Virus record (IMG/VR): IMGVR_UViG_3300017957_001843
Location: 1 to 64,000 of that record
DNA from: a virus
DNA length: 64,000 nt
Strand: one strand, 5' to 3'
Of this stretch, positions 25,669 through 34,100 are shown one piece after another. The notes beneath the pieces were generated by a model, which searched no databases, was not told the origin of the DNA, and was given only the letters and a program-made list of their open reading frames with translations. Both the position numbers and the translations under genes were made by a program. Positions within the stretch are counted from its first letter, which is position 1. The number at the start of each line of letters is the position of its first letter.

Positions 25669-28600
25669 CTAAAACGAAGGTAAACCTCCCCCGGTAATAG
25701 TGAAGGTTGTGCTTGCACTTCCGGCTCCTGTTTGTGCAACACCTACTGAATAACTTCCTACTGGGAATGTTGCGTCTATAAAATCGTTACCACTAGAATT
25801 AGTAGTTCTAGATCCACTTGTATAGAAAGTACCATTTCTGTATACAGCATAAGAATAACTTGTATTAGGTATGCCTCCTGTTACACTAGCAATAGCCGTA
25901 GTACCAACCACGGATACAGATATCCCAATCTGATAGGACGGTGGAGGTGGCGGCGGTGGTGGTGGCGGAGGTGGTGGTGGCGGAGGTGGCGGAGGTGGCG
26001 GAGGTGGTGGTGGTGGAACCGAAGCCGTCACCGTTATACTGTCCGATGCTAATGTTGTTTTTGATCCAAACCAATCGTTCACCAAATATATTGTAAAATT
26101 ACCAGTAGAACTAAATGTTTGTGGTAAACTACCTGGATTTTGTGTTGGTGCAAACGCTCCTATATAACTACCGTCTCTATAATATGCAAGATATACATCT
26201 GTTCCGTTTGACCAACTCCAAGATGCAGTAAATGTAGTACTATTAACAACTCCACTAGAAGGCGAAATAGCATAACTTCCACTAGCTGGTGGTGGTGGTG
26301 GCGGTGGGGGTGGCGGTGGGGGTGGCGGTGGCGGAGGTGCAGCCACCACTGAAAGATTTGCAGTTACTGACACACTTTGGCTTTGGCCGTTTTCGTCTGT
26401 ATATGTCACAAATGCGCCGCCGACATATGTTCCTGTTTGAGCTAATATGACACTAAGAGAATGAGCACTTGTAGTTGTGCTTGATGATGTAACTGATCCA
26501 CTAGGATTTCTAATATATGTGTAACTACTATTTCCAGTAAATCCTAGATTAGGCTGGTAATAGAACGTACCTGTGTCGCCAACATAATGAGGTGCAGATG
26601 ATGTTACAGTTACACTCGGTGTTGGTGCAGCTACAGGTGCATTTGCAATAGGAATAGTATCTGATGCAGTTGCATAACTTGTAGTTCCACTAGAGTTTGT
26701 GTAAGCTGTTGCAATACTTGCTCTCCAATTGCCTGTGCCGCTTAATACTTCGTGAAGTAGTGTTCCACTAGCAGCAGTAGAATTTGTAACTGAAGTGCTC
26801 GAGCTCGGTGGATAAATTGCTGCATAAGAGCTGTTTCCTCCTCCTCTAGAAAAATTAGCAGCTATCGTGTCGCCTATTATACCCGATGGTTCATCAAATG
26901 CTATAGAGGGCGTCGGAACAACCACTGCTGCACTTGCTGTCATTGTTGCATCTGCACCTGTTGCTAAATTAGGATCATTTCTGTTAAAAACAGCTATAGA
27001 TGCTGTATATGTTCCTACGACACTAGCAGTACCAGAATCAGATCCACTATTTTGTGTGCTATTATAGATCTGCTGGCCATTAGGGTCAGTAACAGATACG
27101 ATTGTACCAAATATTGTTTCGTTATTATTTGCATCCCAACTCATAGTGTAATTTGTAGAATTAACTGTACCTGTAGTTGGAGACCAACTTATGCTAGGAG
27201 TGTTTGGGCTAGGATTTGAAGGTGTTGTACTTGTATCTCCTACTGTTGTTGATGTTGTAGCTACTGCACTTCCACCGCTGGTTGCACTTACTACTACCTG
27301 GAATGATTCTTGCCCTTCTGTAGTTTGATCAGCTGTAGGAGATATTGAAAATTGTCCTGTATTATTATTAATAGTAAATGAACCACTTGTAGAACTAAAA
27401 TCTGCACTTGAAGTTGTGAGGTTATTTATACGCCAATATAGTGAAGTTCCGTTTGGTATTCCTGATGTTGTAACTGTATATGTTCCAGAACTACCTTCAC
27501 TAATTACATTACCCGCAGGTCCTGTAATCGAATAACTAGGTGCTGCTGTTGATACTGATGCTGTCCTAGTGTTGCCTGTAGAACTAAAGTTTAATGTTGC
27601 AGCACAATTAGGATAAACAGAAGTTGCTATAGCTACTAAACTTGTATTACCTAGTGAATTTGTATTTCCGCTACCTACAATTTGTGAAAAACCAGAAGTA
27701 TTTGTAATAGTAAATGTATCAAACGGTGTAGCATTAGTCACATATATTCCTACTTCGCCGTTTATTCCGGGATCTATGGCTACCATTTGCACATTTTCAT
27801 TCACTGCTGCTGTAACCGTAAAACTTATATTTGCTCCTGTATCAAGGAAATTTGCAGGAGATAGGTTATAATTTCTTGTACCCGGTGTATTAATAACAGC
27901 AGATAGAGACCAATTACCGTTGGCATCAAAATTGTCTGCGAGGGTGTCGCTTCCTGATATAGTAAATGAACTGTTTGGTCTGCCACCTGTTGCGCTAAGT
28001 GTAACTGTATCGCCTGTAACAGGATTAGTAGGAGATACAGATAACGAAACTGTATACGTATCAGTAACTGTATAATTTAACGTAACACTACCACTATTGT
28101 CATCTGTAAATGTAATACTGTAGTTGCCTGCGGGAGAACTTTGTACTTGTATACCTGCTGCAACTCCTGACGAGTTAAAATTACCTAAATTAAAACCATT
28201 GGCATAAAAATTTCCATTAGGAAATCCACCGCTCAACGAAACTTCTCTATTTGCTCCAGTAGCACCTGTTGTAATTGTAAAATTATTTCTATCCAATTGA
28301 AGATTAGATGTTACAGTCTGTGAAGCACTAGCTGTTGAAGGATTTCCTGTACTAAAAGTTGCTACCGCATTATATGTTCCAGGAGAAATGTGGTTACGTG
28401 ACCAAGTTCCTAAACCACTTGAATTTAATGATATAGTATTAGACTGATTAATCAGCAAAGGACTTGTGTGAGAAGTGTTTATAGTAACTGATTGGAAGGG
28501 ATCTCCAGAAACAGAAATGTTAAATGGCGTATTAGCTCTAATAGTAGAAGGCATAGTAATACTATTATTAGGATTGTCATTGTCTAATAAATCTAAAGAG

Positions 28601-31056
28601 GCACTAGCACTGTCTCCGCTGTCTCTGTGCGTCCAAGTAAATGTGATAGTTTTGTTGCCGTCATTTATGCTATCATCTTCAGTCTGCTTAACTATGCCAA
28701 CATACCCACTATTTACTCCTCCGCTTTGTGTTTCGCTCCCTGTCAAACTTGCATATGTAGATGTAAAATCATTAGAATTAACCCCACTAATACTCCAATC
28801 AAAAATATCACCAGAACTATAACCAGTAGTAGCGATCTGTGCAATAAATACTCCGCCTTCTGTGATGCTAGTTATAGATTGTGAATTCTGGGTAAATGAA
28901 GGAGTGATACTTTTTGCAACAGGCGTTGTTGAAGTGTCTTGTATTGTTGCAAATTTAGCATTTGAAACATTATTAGGTCCACTTACTCGTGTCCCGAAAA
29001 TTTCTGATCCTTCAGTTGTGGAATCTGCAACAGTTGTTCTAGTAAATGTGTATGTACCGTCGCCTGTGTTTGGTAGATTAGTTATTGTAACTGCTGCTGA
29101 GCCGCTCATTACACCGCCAACAAAGTCTGCTGCAACAGCATTTGTTCCACTAGTTGCATTTACATTAGACCAACTTACGTTTCCTGTTGATGATGACCAA
29201 TTACTTACTGTACCTGTATATGTGTATGTGTTATATGTAGTTTCGTTACCAATAGTCGGTGATGTGTAACCAGTATCAACAGATAAATCATTGTTTACTG
29301 TGGGTATGTTATTGTCAACGCCTGCGCCCGTCCAATAAATTTTATAACTTTGACCATCACCTTCAGCTTTTAGTGCAGTAAAATCAAAAGTTCTATTTAC
29401 AGCACGAAAATCAAGTACACTTTGAGGGATAACACTAATAGGAACTGTCAATGATGCAGGACTTGCACCTAAACTATACGTTTTAGTTGCAGATCCGGAT
29501 GTTGAACTTATACCGTCTACTGAAACATCCCAAGCCGTTGGTCTGCCAGTTTCTTGTACTGTAACATTTCCGCTTGCATTGCCTGTGCTTGTAAGAGTAA
29601 TATTAGTAGTAGAGCTTGTTCCTATTTGCACATCGCCTATATCCCACGCTGTTGATTGTGTTAAGTATGAACTAGGTGAAACATCAAATGTAAACACTTG
29701 CGGAGGAGGTGGTGGCGGTGGTGGCGGTGGTGGCGGAGGTGGCGCAACACTAGTATCATTTATTGTCATACTAATGCTATCTTTTCCATTATCTAAACTT
29801 AGAGTAAGTGTTTCAGACCCTTCTGTAATTTGATCTGCTACAGGACTTATTACAACTGAATTAGTTGTACCTACAACAAAAGATCCTTGTAACGGAATAC
29901 CTAAATCAGCCTGTGAAGTTCCTGTAATAGTATAAGGAATTACTGTACCATTAGATACGTTACTAGTAGACAATGTTATGCTTGCGCTACTGCCTTCGTT
30001 TACATTACTTGCAGACCTACTCAAATTGTAAGTAGCAACAGGCGGCTGCGATGCACTTAGCTCAACAATGTTACTTCCTACAGGTACATCTGCTGATCCA
30101 TATACCACTGTGTTATAAGTCTGCCCGTTAATATCTACAGATCCGTTTGGTATAAGTAATTGTGCGCTACTGGTCCAATTACCAAATACAGGCTCATCTA
30201 TACTGAATCCGCCTGGACTAGGATCAGCAAAATTTACTTTAAATTGTATAGTCCTTGAATCTACATCTAGTGCATACAATTCATATTGACTTAAATTATA
30301 AGTGCCTCCTGCATTTTTACTGTAGCAAAGTTGGTAGCTACTACTAAGGTTAGTTGCACCAACATTTTGTCCATTACCTACGCCGGCATTGCTAAAAGTT
30401 CTATCACCTTTAAAACTTACAACTCCCATACTTTGCATTTCTGTTTGCCAGTCCACAGTTTTTTGTTGTGATCCTGTATAACTTACACTTGCACTAAATC
30501 TTACCTCACCCCCTGCGTTAAAAAAATGACGGCGAGTTTCGTCTGTAGGGAAAGTAATCGTAAAAATATGGTTAATAAAACTAGTCCATTGACCATTTAC
30601 AGAATTTAAATATGTGCTGGTAATTTGATTGCCACTGGAATTATTCAAATCAGCAACATTTGCTTGTCCTACTGTATCTATCTCAAATCTATCATTTTCG
30701 ATTTGAGTCATTAAATTTTCTAAATTTTGTATATAAGTAAGTTCTACAAGCTCAGCGTCATTGGGATTGTTGACAAAGTCTCCTACAACAAAATCATTTA
30801 CTGAAACATTTCCAGCACCTAATTGGTGTGCTCTACATCTAATTAAATCTATGTATAAGTCTTCGTATTGTTGTGCAGTGATTTTATCACTAGAAGGAGG
30901 CGCAACAGATCTTGTTCCGTCTACATTTTGAGATGCATTAAGTGTTTCACCATACCCAAAGTCGGGTGCTGCTGTTAAAGATGTCCCTAGTACTTTTTCT
31001 AGCCTATCCTGTAGGCTGTTAAAGCGAGACGCTAAAATCGTTGTAGTTGTTGCCAT
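25669..31056 (-). CDS. Large virion fibre/appendage protein (1795 aa) with Ig/Calx-beta-like repeats and three polyproline tracts
   Basis: N-terminal ~300 aa paralogous to 31113..36068 (RRHFFNAGGEVRFS); repeated 'ADxxTEGxE' Calx-beta-like motifs; Ser/Thr-rich; P14, P17 and P26 runs; follows the tail-fibre genes. Confidence 0.8.
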   Translation of the reverse strand: MATTTTILASRFNSLQDRLEKVLGTSLTAAPDFGYGETLNASQNVDGTRSVAPPSSDKITAQQYEDLYIDLIRCRAHQLGAGNVSVNDFVVGDFVNNPNDAELVELTYIQNLENLMTQIENDRFEIDTVGQANVADLNNSSGNQITSTYLNSVNGQWTSFINHIFTITFPTDETRRHFFNAGGEVRFSASVSYTGSQQKTVDWQTEMQSMGVVSFKGDRTFSNAGVGNGQNVGATNLSSSYQLCYSKNAGGTYNLSQYELYALDVDSRTIQFKVNFADPSPGGFSIDEPVFGNWTSSAQLLIPNGSVDINGQTYNTVVYGSADVPVGSNIVELSASQPPVATYNLSRSASNVNEGSSASITLSTSNVSNGTVIPYTITGTSQADLGIPLQGSFVVGTTNSVVISPVADQITEGSETLTLSLDNGKDSISMTINDTSVAPPPPPPPPPPPPPPQVFTFDVSPSSYLTQSTAWDIGDVQIGTSSTTNITLTSTGNASGNVTVQETGRPTAWDVSVDGISSTSGSATKTYSLGASPASLTVPISVIPQSVLDFRAVNRTFDFTALKAEGDGQSYKIYWTGAGVDNNIPTVNNDLSVDTGYTSPTIGNETTYNTYTYTGTVSNWSSSTGNVSWSNVNATSGTNAVAADFVGGVMSGSAAVTITNLPNTGDGTYTFTRTTVADSTTEGSEIFGTRVSGPNNVSNAKFATIQDTSTTPVAKSITPSFTQNSQSITSITEGGVFIAQIATTGYSSGDIFDWSISGVNSNDFTSTYASLTGSETQSGGVNSGYVGIVKQTEDDSINDGNKTITFTWTHRDSGDSASASLDLLDNDNPNNSITMPSTIRANTPFNISVSGDPFQSVTINTSHTSPLLINQSNTISLNSSGLGTWSRNHISPGTYNAVATFSTGNPSTASASQTVTSNLQLDRNNFTITTGATGANREVSLSGGFPNGNFYANGFNLGNFNSSGVAAGIQVQSSPAGNYSITFTDDNSGSVTLNYTVTDTYTVSLSVSPTNPVTGDTVTLSATGGRPNSSFTISGSDTLADNFDANGNWSLSAVINTPGTRNYNLSPANFLDTGANISFTVTAAVNENVQMVAIDPGINGEVGIYVTNATPFDTFTITNTSGFSQIVGSGNTNSLGNTSLVAIATSVYPNCAATLNFSSTGNTRTASVSTAAPSYSITGPAGNVISEGSSGTYTVTTSGIPNGTSLYWRINNLTTSSADFSSTSGSFTINNNTGQFSISPTADQTTEGQESFQVVVSATSGGSAVATTSTTVGDTSTTPSNPSPNTPSISWSPTTGTVNSTNYTMSWDANNNETIFGTIVSVTDPNGQQIYNSTQNSGSDSGTASVVGTYTASIAVFNRNDPNLATGADATMTASAAVVVPTPSIAFDEPSGIIGDTIAANFSRGGGNSSYAAIYPPSSSTSVTNSTAASGTLLHEVLSGTGNWRASIATAYTNSSGTTSYATASDTIPIANAPVAAPTPSVTVTSSAPHYVGDTGTFYYQPNLGFTGNSSYTYIRNPSGSVTSSSTTTSAHSLSVILAQTGTYVGGAFVTYTDENGQSQSVSVTANLSVVAAPPPPPPPPPPPPPPPPPASGSYAISPSSGVVNSTTFTASWSWSNGTDVYLAYYRDGSYIGAFAPTQNPGSLPQTFSSTGNFTIYLVNDWFGSKTTLASDSITVTASVPPPPPPPPPPPPPPPPPPPPPPPPPPSYQIGISVSVVGTTAIASVTGGIPNTSYSYAVYRNGTFYTSGSRTTNSSGNDFIDATFPVGSYSVGVAQTGAGSASTTFTITGGGLPSF
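25939..26016 (-). repeat. Polyproline tract, 26 Pro codons
   Basis: 78 nt of mixed CCA/CCG/CCT codons. Confidence 0.95.
26287..26337 (-). repeat. Polyproline tract, 17 Pro codons
   Basis: 51 nt of mixed CCN codons. Confidence 0.95.
29701..29742 (-). repeat. Polyproline tract, 14 Pro codons
   Basis: 42 nt of mixed CCN codons. Confidence 0.95.
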
Positions 31057-31079
31057 TAACTTTCTCTTAGTTGCTAGTG

Positions 31080-31087
31080 TATTTATT
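31080..31087 (-). promoter_or_regulatory. Late-type promoter motif AATAAATA upstream of the polyproline fibre gene
   Basis: GAATAAATAC in the intergenic gap; the same motif recurs before other structural genes. Confidence 0.55.
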
Positions 31088-31112
31088 CAAAAGCAACTTC
31101 AACGATTTTTTA

Positions 31113-34100
31113 CTATCTTATATCAATGCCAGTTTCAACAACTATAACACTTTGTGATACAGTTGTACCGTCTACCTGTAATGATGCTTTCACTTGCCTA
31201 GTCGGCTGTCCGTCGTTTACACCCATTACATAACCCGGAACATATATACTTCCTGATCCTGTCGAAGTTGTAAAAGTTTGATCAAGCCATATGTTATTAC
31301 CCACCATATCTTGTATAATGACTCTAAAGTTTGTGCCACCGCCGGTTGTATAGCTCCAAGCTACAAGGTCTCCTGCTCCATAAATAGTCAGCGGACTACC
31401 AAAGGTAATTGTTCCATCTGGTGTAGGTGTAGTAATAACTTCTACTGATGTACTATCTATCAATACTTCTTTTGTGATTGAATCATACAAATTGTAATTC
31501 CACACGCCAAGAGTATCCGGAGCATTTACTGTAAACGATCCTCCAGCACTAGTTAAAGCAATTAGCTGTGCTATTGGTCCAGTTACCGGATCTACAAATT
31601 CTAAATAAACTTGAGATCCTGGAGCATTTTGCACTGACCAAGTATATGTAAGATCTGTATCACTATATGCAACAGCAGGTAAAACTGTAAGAGATCCTGT
31701 AGCAGCTTGTTCTGCAAGTTCATACGTTGCATCAGCAATAAATTTACCATTCACAAACAACTCGAATGTATAGGTTCCAGTTCCGTTTTGAAGTGTACGA
31801 GATTTAGAGCCACTTGTGCCTACATTTTCTAACTGATTATCTCTTTGCACTAATGCACCATTTGGACCTATTATCTGTACATAGATGCTAGTTGCACCAG
31901 TTGTGCTCCAGGAGTATGTTGCTTCATTATTTCCTGAACCTGCTGCAACTGATATACTACCAGTAACTTGTTCAGTTATTGTTAGTGCTGCACTATCGAC
32001 CACGGGTCCTATTTGACTATTTGCGTGTGCATTTACAAGATACTCGCCTGTAGACAATAATTCAGTTATATTAATTGAAGTACCATTGCCACTTACTGTA
32101 GTTGGTCCTAGGAGACTTCCGTCTCCACTTGCATCATATACACTCCACCATATAGATGTTCCGTCTGCAACATCAGTTGTTGCTAGATCATAAGTAGCAG
32201 ATTGTCCCTCCTGAACAGTTTGTGTTGCAGGTGTTATGATATAAGTTGGGGTAGGTGCAGGTGCTTCTTCACGCTGTATCGTTAGTGTAAATTCTGGATA
32301 ATTGCCGCTGTAACCAGGAGAAACAAATGCATATTTCACTCTATATGTTGTATTGTCATCATCTGGTACCGTTGCTGCTACACCTATATCTGCTGTATTG
32401 TAGTTTGCAGCGTATTGTAGCGTTCCGCTCGTTGGTGAAACAGCAGCATAAACGCCTGTTGGTTTTTCACTTACATAAGCTGACCAATCAAGGGGTAGTT
32501 GCCTTGGAGAGCTGCCTTCATCCTTGTATAATTTGAAAGTTGTTGAAGGTGTATGGCTTCCAGTCGCAGGAATAGTTATAGTCTCACTGGAGGTACTTAA
32601 ATAAAGAGGAGTGTCTTCAACTTGTGGTTGTTCCACTGTAACATATTTTGTATCTGTGTTAACTCCTGGATAGCTATATGATATAGTATAGGTAATTTCT
32701 CCAGGTTCGGGTTCTGTAATTTGAACACTTGCATTGCCTAAATTATTAAAAGTTCCACTAATTAGTCCTGACCCAGATCCGTTTATAGTCCACGTTGTAT
32801 TAGGTTGACCGCCTGTTGCTGTTATAGTGAAAGGTACATCTTCGGTTACTGTACCAGGAACTGTCCATACCACATCACTAGGCGGAGTTGTTGCGTCTTC
32901 ATATGAAATATAAATTGTTTTTAGATTACTACCGTTTGGAGTAGTACGCAACACAGTGCCAAATCTTTCTGCATCTGCTATTCCGTCGTCAGCAAGGGTT
33001 CTAGAAAACTGTGCTGTGTTGTTTTGTATTGTAATCGAACCATTCATTGCACCGTCAGTAAAATCATTTCCGTTAACACTTTGAACAGCCTGCCCTGATT
33101 TGTGTGCCCAATAAAGAGTTGTACCGTTTGCTACATTCGTTGTAGTAACAGTAAAGGTTACTGTTTCACCTTCTGTCATAGATGACTTATCTGCTGACAT
33201 ATCATAAGTGGGTGTTGTATCCACTTCAGGAGTGACTCTTACAGGATAGCTAATAGATGTACCTGCAGTATGTCTTATTAATAGACTCATATTTACCTGT
33301 GTATCGCTATTAATAATAGCACCTATTTTAATGCTTTTCATAGCTAGGGGAGTAACTAAAAATGGAAAATTTATTGCACTGTTGGATGGGTTTGATACCG
33401 TCAATGCGCCCTGTGAAGGATACTGGGGTATAATATCGGTTACTGAAACATTACCACCTATGGAATATATATCAATGGTAGCAAATCCTGTATCCCCAGG
33501 AGGTAAAGTAAGGTTTGTACTTGCAGGTGCTACTTTAAGTTCTGGAGTTTCTGGTGGCTCTACTTCTATTTCAACATATGAAATTTGAATTGCGCCGTCG
33601 CCGCCGCTGTTAAATCCTGTAGACGATCCGCCGCTTGCGCCGCCACCGCCGCCATATGTTCCGCCAGTTGCCCCAGATCCAGAGTTTCCTCCAGCACTGC
33701 CGCCGCCTGGTGAACCTGATTGCCCTGCTGCACCAAAAGTGCCCGTGCTGTCAAGTTGTTGGTTAAAACCAACACCGCCGCCACCTCCAGCATCAAGGCT
33801 AGGACTTGATGATCCTGAGCCACCACCACCACCGCCGGCACCTGCGCCGCCGTTGCTGCCGTTAGTTGCTAGTATACCTGAAATGCTGCGGCCACCGTTA
33901 CCTCCGTCTCCGCCGTTGGCATTAAGTCCTCCGGCGCCACCGCCGCCGCCTCCACCATAGGTATAATAGCCGCTTCCACCTCGACCACCGTTGCCGCCTG
34001 CTGATCCAGGAGATACAAATCCTCCAGGAGTTCCGCCAGACGATAAAACTGTGTTATCTAAAATTTTGCCGCCTGCGCCTCCGCCTGAGGCTCTAAGAAA

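Noticed and set aside
29579-29833. Plus-strand polyglycine ORF, and the Thr/Ala-rich frame at 25886..26074
   Set aside because: Antisense or alternative-frame shadows of the polyproline tracts.
31069-31098. 7-bp inverted repeat AGTTGCT/AGCAACT around the TAAATA motif
   Set aside because: The stem is short with a 16-nt loop and does not cover the start codon. Too weak to call a regulatory hairpin or terminator.
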